A DNA stretch of 64,000 nucleotides. It comes from a bacterium (lineage in GTDB: Bacteria; Patescibacteriota; Minisyncoccia; Phycocordibacterales; CAIZLB01). The notes beneath the pieces were generated by a model. It searched no databases. It was not told the origin of the DNA and saw only the letters and a program-made list of their open reading frames with translations. The stretch's first letter is position 1; each line of letters starts with the position of its first letter. Positions 1 through 9,555 of this stretch are shown here, in pieces. The stretch is taken from positions 232,174 to 296,173 of the forward strand of contig JBAXXP010000001.1 in NCBI GenBank assembly GCA_037127815.1, read 5' to 3'. The position numbers were made by a program, and so were the translations under genes.

Positions 1-2
1 AG

Positions 3-2135
3 CTTAAGGAAAAAATTAGACAAAGCTCAAATAATAATAAGTATGTACTAATGCGACACGGTGAATCCGAGTCCAATGTACATGACATTATAAATTCACA
101 CGATCTTAACCTTTATGGTCTAACTGAAAAAGGTGTTGCTCAAGTTGAGGCTGCTGCAAAACTTTTAGACGCTACTGGTGTTGTATCAAATGCTGTAAAC
201 AGCGATGCTGAGGAAGGTTCAAATGACAGTGTAGATAAAACAGGAGCGAAGCGTCCAATAACAAAAATGTATTGTTCAGATTTTAGAAGAACAAAAGAGT
301 CTGCGAAAATTTTGGCAAAGACTTTGGGAATTGATGAATCGAACATAATCTATGACGCAAGACTTAGAGAGTGTGATGGTGGCGAGCTTGAAGGTCGTTC
401 TTGGAATGAAAGGCTTACATGCTTTATGACAGAATGGCAAAAAGTATTTCTAAAGCCATATGGAGGGGAGTCAACTTTTGATATTAAAAAGAGAGTTGCT
501 AATTTTCTTTATGAAACTGACTCTGCAAACAAGGACGAGAATATCTTGATTGTTACACATGGACTTCCTGCAAGAATGATAAAGGAAGTTGCTAAAGGGC
601 GAACAACAAGAGATATGATAAGAAGTGGATGGCAGGATCGTTCTGATATAAATGCTTCACTTCACTACATTGATTTCGTTCAATGGCCTCACGATGATAA
701 TTTTGAACTTGATATTCACAGACCTTTAATTGATGCTGTAACTTGGAAAAATGAAGAAGGTGAATTAATGAAAAGAATTCCAGATGTTTTTGATGTTTGG
801 TATGACTCTGGTTCTATGCCTTTTGCTTCTCAGCATTATCCTTTTGAAAACAAGAAGGAGTTTGAAATGCCAGATAGTAAGATATTCCCAGCTGATTATA
901 TTGCCGAAGGATTGGATCAAACAAGAGGTTGGTTTTATTCTCTACTTTGTCTTGGTGTTGGATTGTTTGATAAGTCACCATTCAGAAATGTTTCAGTAAA
1001 CGGACTTGTTCTAGCAGAGGACGGCAAGAAGATGTCAAAGAGTCTTAATAACTTCCCAGAGCTTATGGGGGTAGTTGAAAGATATGGCGCTGACTCACTT
1101 AGATATGCATTGGTCACATCGCCCGTTGCACAAGCTGAGGATTATGCCTTTTCTGAAAAAGCATTAGATGAAGTTAATAAAAAGCTATTCAATAGATTGG
1201 ATAATGTTTATACATTCTACAAAACTTATCGTGACATGTTTGGAGGTGAAATTGAACAAAGTTTTTATCAGCTTGTTTCCAAAAATGTCTTAGATCAATG
1301 GATTGTGGCAAGACTTAAGAAATTGAGTAATGACATGACGAGGGATCTTGATGCGTATCTGATATCAAAAGCTATTCGTCCAATAAATCAATTTATCGAT
1401 GATCTATCAACTTGGTATTTAAGAAGATCAAGAGACAGATTCAAAGGTGATGATGTTGAAGATAGAAACTATGCGATTTCAACAATGAGATTTGTCTTAA
1501 TTAATCTTTCTAAATTAATAACACCAGTAACACCATTTTCAGGAGAGGATTTGTATCAAAAGATTAAATTAGATAATATTGGTGATTTAAAATTAAGTGT
1601 GAACCTAGAGGAATGGCCAAATCTTGGCGAGCTTTCTGATGAAGAAGAGACACTGCTTGCTAATATGGAAACAGCGAGATCTCTTGTTGAAACTGGATTG
1701 TCTCTTCGTGCAAAATTTCAGATAAAAGTTAGACAACCTCTTGCTTCATTTGTTTATGCAAACAAGGAAGGAGAAACTCTACCGGTGAGCATTGAGGAGA
1801 TTATTAAAGATGAACTAAACGTTAAGTCTGTTGTAGCGGGCAGTGCTGTAGCACTCGATATAAACCTAACACAAGAATTAAAGGAAGAGGGGATGTCCAG
1901 AGATCTAATTAGAGCTATTCAGGAGGCTAGAAAAGCTTTTGGTTTTTCTCCACAAGATAAAATTATTCTGGAATTAGAAGATAATGCTGTTGGAAAAATG
2001 TTAGAGTCTAAGTATTCTGCCTCAATTGCAAAAACTGTTCTCGCAAACAGTTTGGTGCTTATGGATTTTGAGGGAGGAGAGGCTGTGTCTATTGGAGATC
2101 AAGAAATACATTTCACAATTAAGGCTGTTGTATAA
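3..2135 (+). CDS. ileS: Isoleucyl-tRNA synthetase, C-terminal portion; the reading frame is open to the window edge so the gene starts upstream. It contains an embedded histidine-phosphatase (phosphoglycerate-mutase-like) domain
   Basis: DVWYDSGSMPF, DQTRGWFYSL and KMSKS motifs of class I IleRS (type-2-like HRPLID segment). N-terminal about 215 aa of the listed ORF shows LMRHGESESN ... LIVTHGLPAR histidine-phosphatase signature. No in-frame stop between nt 3 and 51. Confidence 0.8.
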   Translation, partial: LKEKIRQSSNNNKYVLMRHGESESNVHDIINSHDLNLYGLTEKGVAQVEAAAKLLDATGVVSNAVNSDAEEGSNDSVDKTGAKRPITKMYCSDFRRTKESAKILAKTLGIDESNIIYDARLRECDGGELEGRSWNERLTCFMTEWQKVFLKPYGGESTFDIKKRVANFLYETDSANKDENILIVTHGLPARMIKEVAKGRTTRDMIRSGWQDRSDINASLHYIDFVQWPHDDNFELDIHRPLIDAVTWKNEEGELMKRIPDVFDVWYDSGSMPFASQHYPFENKKEFEMPDSKIFPADYIAEGLDQTRGWFYSLLCLGVGLFDKSPFRNVSVNGLVLAEDGKKMSKSLNNFPELMGVVERYGADSLRYALVTSPVAQAEDYAFSEKALDEVNKKLFNRLDNVYTFYKTYRDMFGGEIEQSFYQLVSKNVLDQWIVARLKKLSNDMTRDLDAYLISKAIRPINQFIDDLSTWYLRRSRDRFKGDDVEDRNYAISTMRFVLINLSKLITPVTPFSGEDLYQKIKLDNIGDLKLSVNLEEWPNLGELSDEEETLLANMETARSLVETGLSLRAKFQIKVRQPLASFVYANKEGETLPVSIEEIIKDELNVKSVVAGSAVALDINLTQELKEEGMSRDLIRAIQEARKAFGFSPQDKIILELEDNAVGKMLESKYSASIAKTVLANSLVLMDFEGGEAVSIGDQEIHFTIKAVV

Positions 2136-2197
2136 GCTGTATATAAGTGAAAGTGTGTTTACTACAACCCTATTCCTAAGTTATTTAATTTACTACT

Positions 2198-2794
2198 ATG
2201 TCATATAGAATTTATCACACCGATGGATATATAATAGATAGTTCAAGCTCGGGGGAGTCTAATAAAGTTTTTACAATTCTAACTGCAGAGCTAGGTACTA
2301 TTATTGCTATCGCACAAGGGGTGCGTAAATTGCAATCAAAACTAAGATATAGTTTACAGGACTTGAGTTTTGCTAAATTTGCCTTAGTTAGGGGAAAGGA
2401 CATTTGGAGAATTACGGGGGCGGAAAAAATCGTTAATATTTATGACAAAAAAGTTCCAATTCAAATTAGACAATCCTTGGCTAGAATTCTAACTTTCATT
2501 AAAAGGCTTTCGCCGGGTGAGGCTGTAAACAAAAAAGTATTTGAGGAGTTTGGAAAACTACATAAGGTTTTAATCTCATCGAAGCTTGTAAGAGATAGGA
2601 ATGATTTAATTGCAATAGAAACGCTTGCATGCCTTAGGGTTGCTCATCATTTTGGATATGGAACACCAAGTGAAAAATTGAAGGACATTGTTTATTCATC
2701 AGTTTGGGATGAGGGAGTGAGAGACTCGACATTAATTTCAATTGAGGAAGCTAAGAGAGAGCTGTCTTCTGTCTTGGCTGAAGCTCAACTTTAA
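2198..2794 (+). CDS. recO: DNA repair protein RecO (short form)
   Basis: N-terminus GYIIDSSSSGESNKVFTILTAELGTIIAIAQGVRKLQSKL matches the RecO OB-fold pattern (cf. B. subtilis [40 protein letters not shown]). Confidence 0.6.
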   Translation: MSYRIYHTDGYIIDSSSSGESNKVFTILTAELGTIIAIAQGVRKLQSKLRYSLQDLSFAKFALVRGKDIWRITGAEKIVNIYDKKVPIQIRQSLARILTFIKRLSPGEAVNKKVFEEFGKLHKVLISSKLVRDRNDLIAIETLACLRVAHHFGYGTPSEKLKDIVYSSVWDEGVRDSTLISIEEAKRELSSVLAEAQL

Positions 2795-2857
2795 TTTGTA
2801 ATTAGTTTATCTAAATAGCACTATATGTGACTGATGGCTGTATCCCCGCTTCTGTGA

Positions 2858-2943
2858 GGTGATTTAGTAAAATCACCTACTGGGTGATTTAGCCAAATCA
2901 CCTACTGGGTGGTTTAGCCAAATCACCTACTGGGTGATATAAT
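2858..2943. repeat. Three tandem copies of a 25/26-bp unit, each containing the palindrome AATCACC-N5-GGTGATT. A -10 TATAAT (2938-2943) overlaps the last unit
   Basis: Direct reading: palindromes at 2871-2889, 2896-2914, 2921-2938 plus a half-site at 2858-2865. ATG of downstream gene at 2951. Confidence 0.85.
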
Positions 2944-2950
2944 TTATGAT

Positions 2951-4882
2951 ATGAATGATGAAGAAAAAATCGAAGAGCTGAAAAAAAAGCTTTACTCTCG
3001 AGTAGATAATCTACCAAAAATGAAACATGCCAAACTGCATGAGCATCATGTCTTGGTAAACAGAGACTGGGATGAAAAGGGGGAGCAGGCAGGGATACCA
3101 AAAATTGAATATGGAAAAAATAAAACTCACTCATTCCTAAAAGGTATGGCTGTTTTTGCTGTAATATTTTTCTTGATTGCCGCTGCAATAGCTTATTATT
3201 TTTTCATGGTCAGCCCCAATACAATTTCTAATGCAAATATTGGAATAAACATATCAGGGCCTATTACAGTTTCTGCAGGCCAAGAACTTTCACTGGACGT
3301 AAGTATATTCAATAATAATAGTGTAGCAATTGAATCAGCAGACCTTGTTGTTACATACCCAGAAGGAACAAGAAATTCTGTAGATAAGGTGACGAGCCTT
3401 GTAACCGATAGGACTCCAATAGGAGATATAGCGGCCGGCGCTAATCAAAGAGTTACAATAAAGTCTATTCTTTTGGGGGAGGAAGGCTCAACAAAAAATA
3501 TATCTATTGCTTTGGAGTATAAAATGCCTGGTACAAACAGTCTTTTTATTAAGCAAAAAGATTATCCAATAGGCATAGGAACAGGTCCTGTTTCCGTGAC
3601 CGTTGATTCTGTTAAGGAAATCACCCCAGAACAAAATACAAAATTTACTGTATCTGTTAAATCTAACTCTTCAGATGTTATCAGAGATGTTGTTCTTAGG
3701 TCAGAGTATCCTTTTGGATTTAATTATATATCTGCAGTCCCTGGTCCGTCATCATCAAATAATAGTTGGAGACTGGGAGACATCGCACCAGGTGAGGTGA
3801 AGAAAATTGTGGTAGAAGCAAAGATTTTTGGGCAAGCTAATCAAGAGAGAACTGTTAGATTCTATGCTGGAACTGCGCAAGCCAAGGATCCAAATGAAAT
3901 AGACACGACCTTCGCTTCATATTCACAGACGGTTAATTTGAAGGATCCATTCTTAGGGGCTGATGTAGCTATAAATGGCAAGGGGTCAGAAATCGTTATT
4001 GTTAACAGTGGGCAGTTTATTCAGGGCGATATTCTGTGGAAGAATAATCTCGATGTTTCTGTTCATAATGTTCAAATTCTAGGTGTTCTAAATGGTGTAA
4101 GCGTAGACAGAAGCTCAATTATTGCAGAAGGTGGATTTTATAAATCTAGCGATGATACCTTATCTTGGGAAAAGAGTACCAATCCAGAACTGGAAGACAT
4201 CGCACCCAATCAAAGTGGCTCAGTCCATTTTAATATGAAAGTTTTTGATTTAACAAAGGATCTAGCCTCAAATTTAAGAAGACCAGAAGTAACATTGGTT
4301 TTTTCGGTTAAGGGAACTAGATTAAATGAAAATAAAGTTTCTGAGGAAGTGACTTCACAGGCCTCAAGAAAAATAAGAGTTGCGAGTGATCTAGCTCTAG
4401 ACACAAGGTTGCTTTACAATGATGGACCATTTGAAAACACAGGTCCATTGCCCCCAAGAGTAGATAGTAAAACAACTTACACGGCAAATGTGAAGATTTC
4501 AAACTCATATAATAATGTTAGGGGTGTAATTTATACGGCCTCGCTACCGATATATGTAAAATGGCTGGGGAATGTAAGTCCAATGACCGCCAGTTCAACA
4601 GTTGTTTATGATGCTGAGAACAGAACTGTGACTTGGAATGCAGGGGACATTGCACCTGGTACTGGTTATATTTCTAATCCAAAAGAAATGACATTTCAAG
4701 TTGAGTTGTTGCCAAGTCTTTCTCAGCAGGGCCAATCTCCAATTATTGTAAGTAATCAAAGAATAGCTGGTACTGATAGTTTTACTAATACAGTTGTTAC
4801 AGCCAATGGGTACTCCTTAAACACCCAAATTAAGCTAGATTCAAAATATGATATGGATTTGGACAAGGTGGTTGGGAAGTAG
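2951..4882 (+). CDS. Hypothetical membrane-anchored surface protein: short cytoplasmic N-terminus, one TM (MAVFAVIFFLIAAAIAYYFF), large extracytoplasmic domain
   Basis: Long ORF, single N-proximal hydrophobic helix, no recognisable catalytic motifs. Confidence 0.5.
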   Translation: MNDEEKIEELKKKLYSRVDNLPKMKHAKLHEHHVLVNRDWDEKGEQAGIPKIEYGKNKTHSFLKGMAVFAVIFFLIAAAIAYYFFMVSPNTISNANIGINISGPITVSAGQELSLDVSIFNNNSVAIESADLVVTYPEGTRNSVDKVTSLVTDRTPIGDIAAGANQRVTIKSILLGEEGSTKNISIALEYKMPGTNSLFIKQKDYPIGIGTGPVSVTVDSVKEITPEQNTKFTVSVKSNSSDVIRDVVLRSEYPFGFNYISAVPGPSSSNNSWRLGDIAPGEVKKIVVEAKIFGQANQERTVRFYAGTAQAKDPNEIDTTFASYSQTVNLKDPFLGADVAINGKGSEIVIVNSGQFIQGDILWKNNLDVSVHNVQILGVLNGVSVDRSSIIAEGGFYKSSDDTLSWEKSTNPELEDIAPNQSGSVHFNMKVFDLTKDLASNLRRPEVTLVFSVKGTRLNENKVSEEVTSQASRKIRVASDLALDTRLLYNDGPFENTGPLPPRVDSKTTYTANVKISNSYNNVRGVIYTASLPIYVKWLGNVSPMTASSTVVYDAENRTVTWNAGDIAPGTGYISNPKEMTFQVELLPSLSQQGQSPIIVSNQRIAGTDSFTNTVVTANGYSLNTQIKLDSKYDMDLDKVVGK

Positions 4883-4898
4883 TACTAACTGAAATTTT

Positions 4899-5213
4899 TT
4901 ATTCACCAATACAGTAATAATCTGGGAATGTTTCCGTGATGCCATTATAGGTATAACTAAATTTTTCTCTCAAAAGAGAATCTAAATTATAGTTTGGTGA
5001 ATTAAAATATAGAAGCCATTGAACAGTTCTGCCTCCGCACATTCTGGGATACCCAGCATTAATTAATACTAAAGGTCCACTGTAGTTAATTGAGATTTGG
5101 GAAGTGTCTCCACCGCTATTAATTTGTATTAAACCTTTTGCTAGTTCCGGAGATTTTGAAATAGCTTTATCTAAAACTAGATCATTAAAAAAGTCAATCT
5201 CATTTTCGCCCAA
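4899..5213 (-). CDS. Hypothetical protein; may be the C-terminal remainder of the upstream pilin gene after a frameshift or stop
   Basis: Same strand, 32 nt downstream of the pilin N-terminal ORF. Combined length about 175 aa is typical for pilins. Contains Cys pair. Confidence 0.3.
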   Translation of the reverse strand: MGENEIDFFNDLVLDKAISKSPELAKGLIQINSGGDTSQISINYSGPLVLINAGYPRMCGGRTVQWLLYFNSPNYNLDSLLREKFSYTYNGITETFPDYYCIGE

Positions 5214-5245
5214 AGCGAGGTCTACTTCACTATACGGGTCTACGT

Positions 5246-5461
5246 CTAAATAGTGGCCATTTTTTGTATAATATATTTCTTGAGCGTAATTAAATTTTTA
5301 AGATTTTCAACAAAAGTTATAGCTTGAGCTCGCTGTCTAGCCTTACTTACAGATACAAGCACAACGCTTGAAAGAAGAGCAATTATTGAAATAACAACCA
5401 ATAACTCGATAAGAGTGAATCCTCCCGCTTTTCTTATTTTAAAACAAGATGTCGGCTTCAT
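5246..5461 (-). CDS. Type IV pilin/pseudopilin-like protein (prepilin N-terminal methylation motif); possibly only the N-terminal part of a disrupted gene
   Basis: KAGGFTLIELLVVISIIALL, classic class III signal peptide / N-methylation motif (G-F-T-L-I-E). Confidence 0.6.
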   Translation of the reverse strand: MKPTSCFKIRKAGGFTLIELLVVISIIALLSSVVLVSVSKARQRAQAITFVENLKNLITLKKYIIQKMATI

Positions 5462-5547
5462 GTATATATATTAACACATAAATATTGTATTAATTAAGTA
5501 GTCGGTATCATTTTTGATTAATGTGAAAAAACTGGTACTATATTGCT

Positions 5548-6906
5548 ATGGAAGAAATAATTGCTTTAGCTAAAAGACGTGGATTTATATACCAAGGTTC
5601 TGAGATATATGGAGGTCTTGCTGGTACATGGGATTATGGCCATTTGGGCCTAGCTCTTAAAAACAACATCAAAGCTCTTTGGTGGAAGCGTTTTGTGCTA
5701 GATAGAGAAGATATGTATGGAGTTGACGCTGCCATTTTAATGAATCAAAATGTTTGGAAGGCGAGCGGTCACGTTGCTGGATTCTTTGACCCACTTGTTG
5801 ATGACCTAAAGACAAATAAAAGATACAGAGCTGACTCATTGCTTGAGGAAGCGGGCCTTAGTATTAAAGGTATGTCTATTGAAGACATGAATAATCTAAT
5901 TAAGGAGAAGGGGATTAAAAGCCCAGAAGGCAATCCTCTTGGAGAAGTTAGACAATTTAGAATGATGTTCACTACTCACGTTGGGGCAAATCAAGATGAA
6001 GATTCAGTTTCATACTTACGTCCTGAAACAGCACAAGGAATGTTTGTAAACTTCAAAAATATTATAGACTCATTTCATCCAAAGCTTCCTTTTGGAATGG
6101 CACAAATTGGTAAGGCATTCAGAAATGAGATTGCACCAAGAGATTTTATATTTAGAACTCGTGAGTTTGAGCAAATGGAAATAGAGTATTTTGTTTATCC
6201 TGTTGCCTGGGAGGTTTCCTTTGAGCTTTTTAGAAAAGAAATGCATGCCTTTGCCTCAGATGTTGGTCTGAATCCTGCAAAAGTTCATGAGCTGGAAATT
6301 GCGCCTGAAGACCTTGCTCACTATTCAAAAAGAACAATAGACTTTGAGTTTGATTTCCCAATGGGAAGGAAAGAGCTGTACGGTCTAGCTTACAGAACTG
6401 ATTTTGACCTTAAGAGTCACACAAATGCTTCAAAGGTAGATCTTTCTTTTTTCGATGAGGAAACAAAAGAACGTTTTTTTCCACACTGTATTGAGCCATC
6501 GCTTGGAGTAGACAGAACTGTTCTTGCTGTGCTAACAGATGCATATTCAGAAGATATTGTGGGTGAAGAAAAAAGGGTTTATATGAAGATTTCTCCTAAA
6601 ATCTCCCCTGTGTTAATTGCTGTCTTTCCACTCTTGAAGAATAAGCCTCAATTAGTTGAAAAGGCAAGAGAAATTTATAGTACATTAAGAAAAGCTTTTC
6701 CTGGAAGAATAATGTTTGATGATAATGGAAATATTGGAAAGAGATACAGAAGACAAGACGAAATAGGAACTCCTTATTGTATAACTGTTGATTTTGATAC
6801 CTTAGAAAAGGATCAAAAAGTGACTCTAAGATATAGAGATTCAGCCTTACAGGACAGGCTTTCAATGGAGCAAATAATGGATGTTATTAAAGATACTTTG
6901 CAGTAG
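5548..6906 (+). CDS. glyQS: Glycine--tRNA ligase (alpha2 type)
   Basis: N-terminus RRGFIYQGSEIYGGLAGTWDYGHLGLALKNNIK is a diagnostic GlyRS motif. Confidence 0.9.
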   Translation: MEEIIALAKRRGFIYQGSEIYGGLAGTWDYGHLGLALKNNIKALWWKRFVLDREDMYGVDAAILMNQNVWKASGHVAGFFDPLVDDLKTNKRYRADSLLEEAGLSIKGMSIEDMNNLIKEKGIKSPEGNPLGEVRQFRMMFTTHVGANQDEDSVSYLRPETAQGMFVNFKNIIDSFHPKLPFGMAQIGKAFRNEIAPRDFIFRTREFEQMEIEYFVYPVAWEVSFELFRKEMHAFASDVGLNPAKVHELEIAPEDLAHYSKRTIDFEFDFPMGRKELYGLAYRTDFDLKSHTNASKVDLSFFDEETKERFFPHCIEPSLGVDRTVLAVLTDAYSEDIVGEEKRVYMKISPKISPVLIAVFPLLKNKPQLVEKAREIYSTLRKAFPGRIMFDDNGNIGKRYRRQDEIGTPYCITVDFDTLEKDQKVTLRYRDSALQDRLSMEQIMDVIKDTLQ

Positions 6907-6932
6907 AGTTAATCTAGTGGTATTCTGTAGAT

Positions 6933-8006
6933 GTGCCTGATAAAAGTAATTCGTTAAATATAAAAATAAGCTTTAAAACTCTATTTAAGATAGCTGCTTT
7001 TTTGCTTGGTATTTATTTTCTTTATCTTCTAAGAGGGCTTGGTTTGGTCATCCTTACTGGAGTTGTTATTGCTTCAGTTATAGAACCTGCTGTTAAGTGG
7101 TTTGTTAAAAGAAACATACCAAGAGTGCTTTCTGCAATACTTGTGTATGCATTGATTATTGGGGCTGTTGCTGGGATGTTTACTTTTGTTATACCGCCTC
7201 TTTTGGGAGAAATGGTCTCAGCTATAAGTAGTGTTCCAAAATATGTAAAGACAATAGATATATTTACACCAATAAACAGAAGTGCATATAGTGGAACAAA
7301 ACTTCTATTCCCTGATATACCAAGCACTATTTCAGTAGGAGATATAATCTCAAACATAACAGACACTATCTCTACCTTCTCGGGAGGAATGTTTGATACA
7401 GTTGCTGGATTCTTCGGAGGAATCATTAGTGCTGTACTTATGATGGTTATTGCATTCTACTTGTCAGTTAGAGAAGACGGTGTGGGGGAGTTCCTATCCA
7501 TCGTTACTCCGCCTGAATATGAAAGATACGTAAGAGGTTTGTGGCAACGTGCGGAGAACAAAATTGCACGATGGATGCAAGGGCAACTCGCTCTTGGGTT
7601 AGTCGTGTTTATATTTATATACATAGGTCTACTTATAATTGGTGTTAAGCACCCGCTACTTCTTGCTTTGGTTGCTGGGGTATTTGAATTAATCCCCGTA
7701 ATTGGAATGACAATTTCTGCAATTCCAGCTTTCTTCCTGGGGGTACTAGATGGTGGTATTGGTGTTGGACTTTTCATACTAGGCTTATATTTTGTTGTGC
7801 AACAATTAGAGGCTCATGTTGTATATCCATTAGTTGTTAAAAAATTAATTGGTGTTCCACCACTTTTGGTTATTATCTCACTTGTTGCGGGGGCTGAGCT
7901 CGCTGGAATTGTAGGTGCACTTCTTGCTGTGCCTGTATCTGTTGCGCTCATGGAATACATAGATGATGTAGAAAGACGCAAGAAAGATGCTTTAGTAAAA
8001 GAATAG
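6933..8006 (+). CDS. AI-2E family transporter-like membrane protein (UPF0118)
   Basis: Multi-TM protein with the GLLIIGVKHPLLLALVAGVFELIPVIG segment typical of the family. Confidence 0.55.
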   Translation: MPDKSNSLNIKISFKTLFKIAAFLLGIYFLYLLRGLGLVILTGVVIASVIEPAVKWFVKRNIPRVLSAILVYALIIGAVAGMFTFVIPPLLGEMVSAISSVPKYVKTIDIFTPINRSAYSGTKLLFPDIPSTISVGDIISNITDTISTFSGGMFDTVAGFFGGIISAVLMMVIAFYLSVREDGVGEFLSIVTPPEYERYVRGLWQRAENKIARWMQGQLALGLVVFIFIYIGLLIIGVKHPLLLALVAGVFELIPVIGMTISAIPAFFLGVLDGGIGVGLFILGLYFVVQQLEAHVVYPLVVKKLIGVPPLLVIISLVAGAELAGIVGALLAVPVSVALMEYIDDVERRKKDALVKE

Positions 8007-8063
8007 AGACAGTATCAATAGAAAAGATTGAGTTAGCAGGGAATAAAGATTAAGAATAAACCG

Positions 8064-9545
8064 ATGACACAGAATAAAAAAACTTTTTACATCACCACAA
8101 CATTACCTTATGTTAATGGTGATCCACATATAGGATTTGCATTAGAAATTATTAGAGCTGATGTTATCGCTAGGTACAAAAAAGCCCTAGGCTATGATGT
8201 ATTTTTTAATACAGGAACAGATGAACATGGTCTTAAGCTTTACGAAGCTGCAAAAGAAAAAGTGGTAGATATAATGGACTATTTGGATGAAGTGTCAGCA
8301 AAGTATAGAAATATTTTAACGGAATTGGATATTTCCGAGGATATTCATTTTATAAGAACAACGGATGAGCATCATAAAAAAAGTGCTCAAGCCCTTTGGA
8401 ATAGAGTGTTTGAAAATGGTTATATCTATAAGAAAAACTATCAAACAAAGTACTGTGTAGGTTGTGAGGAGAATAAGACTGATTCAGAGTTAGAGGAAGG
8501 AAAATGCCCATTGCATCCTAATCGTCAAATTGAATTGATCGATGAAGAGAATTATTTCTTCAAGCTTTCCGCTCTTCAAGATGATCTATTTACGCTTTTT
8601 GAGTCTAATCCAGAAATTGTGGTACCAGAAACTAGATTAAATGAAATGAGAGGTTTTGTTAAAAGAGGCCTTGAGGATTTTAGTATTTCAAGATTGAAAT
8701 CAAAAATGCCTTGGGGAATAGACGTGCCAGGGGATGAGAATCAAGTTATGTATGTTTGGTTTGATGCTCTTACAAATTATATCTCAACATTAGGATGGCC
8801 TGAAAATGAGGGCGATGAGTTGGGAGATTTTAATAAATACTGGGTTAATGGAACACCTGTTCAATATTGTGGAAAAGACAATACCAGATTCCAGTCTATT
8901 ACATGGCAATCAATGCTTTTAGCTGCTGGCTTGCCTACAACCCATAAAATTATAATAAACGGTTGGATAACTGGAGAGGGTGGAGTGAAGATGTCTAAAT
9001 CGTTAGGTAATGTTATAAACCCATCAGACATTTGCTCAGAATTTAGCGCAGATGCTTTGAGGTTTTTTGTAACAAAAGAGTTACAGCCTTTTGAAGACTC
9101 ACCTTTTACAGTAAGTAAATTTAAAGAAATTTATAATGCTCACCTAGCAAATGGTATTGGTAATTTGGTTTCCAGAATGATGAAGATGGCAACTTCTTAT
9201 GAAGCAAAGCTTAGTGAGGATGAAATAATGGCAGTTCGTGAATCTGTGGATATTTTGAATGGTAGGGAAGATAAAAATATTGAGGCCTTTAGATTAGACC
9301 TGTATGTTCAAGATATTTTCGATGAATTTACAAAACTAGATCAATTTATTCAAAAAGAAGCACCTTTTAAGAAGTTTAAAATAGATCCGGAGGCAGCCAA
9401 AAAAGATTTAATATATTTACAGGAGCAATTATTGGCCGGAGCCTATAAACTATCTATCATAATGCCAAAGACCTCAGAAGTTATTGTTGATTGTATAGTG
9501 AATCATAAAATGCCAGAAGCACCTTTGTTTCTAAGAAAAGACTAA
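8064..9545 (+). CDS. metG: Methionine--tRNA ligase (short form)
   Basis: PYVNGDPHIGFA (HIGH-type motif), KMSKSLGN and a CxxC...C knuckle. Confidence 0.9.
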   Translation: MTQNKKTFYITTTLPYVNGDPHIGFALEIIRADVIARYKKALGYDVFFNTGTDEHGLKLYEAAKEKVVDIMDYLDEVSAKYRNILTELDISEDIHFIRTTDEHHKKSAQALWNRVFENGYIYKKNYQTKYCVGCEENKTDSELEEGKCPLHPNRQIELIDEENYFFKLSALQDDLFTLFESNPEIVVPETRLNEMRGFVKRGLEDFSISRLKSKMPWGIDVPGDENQVMYVWFDALTNYISTLGWPENEGDELGDFNKYWVNGTPVQYCGKDNTRFQSITWQSMLLAAGLPTTHKIIINGWITGEGGVKMSKSLGNVINPSDICSEFSADALRFFVTKELQPFEDSPFTVSKFKEIYNAHLANGIGNLVSRMMKMATSYEAKLSEDEIMAVRESVDILNGREDKNIEAFRLDLYVQDIFDEFTKLDQFIQKEAPFKKFKIDPEAAKKDLIYLQEQLLAGAYKLSIIMPKTSEVIVDCIVNHKMPEAPLFLRKD

Positions 9546-9555
9546 TTTCTAAAAC

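Noticed and set aside
2858-2943. Possible mini-CRISPR array (three 26-bp direct repeats)
   Set aside because: The units abut with no unique spacers, each is an internal palindrome typical of a protein operator, and there are no cas genes nearby.
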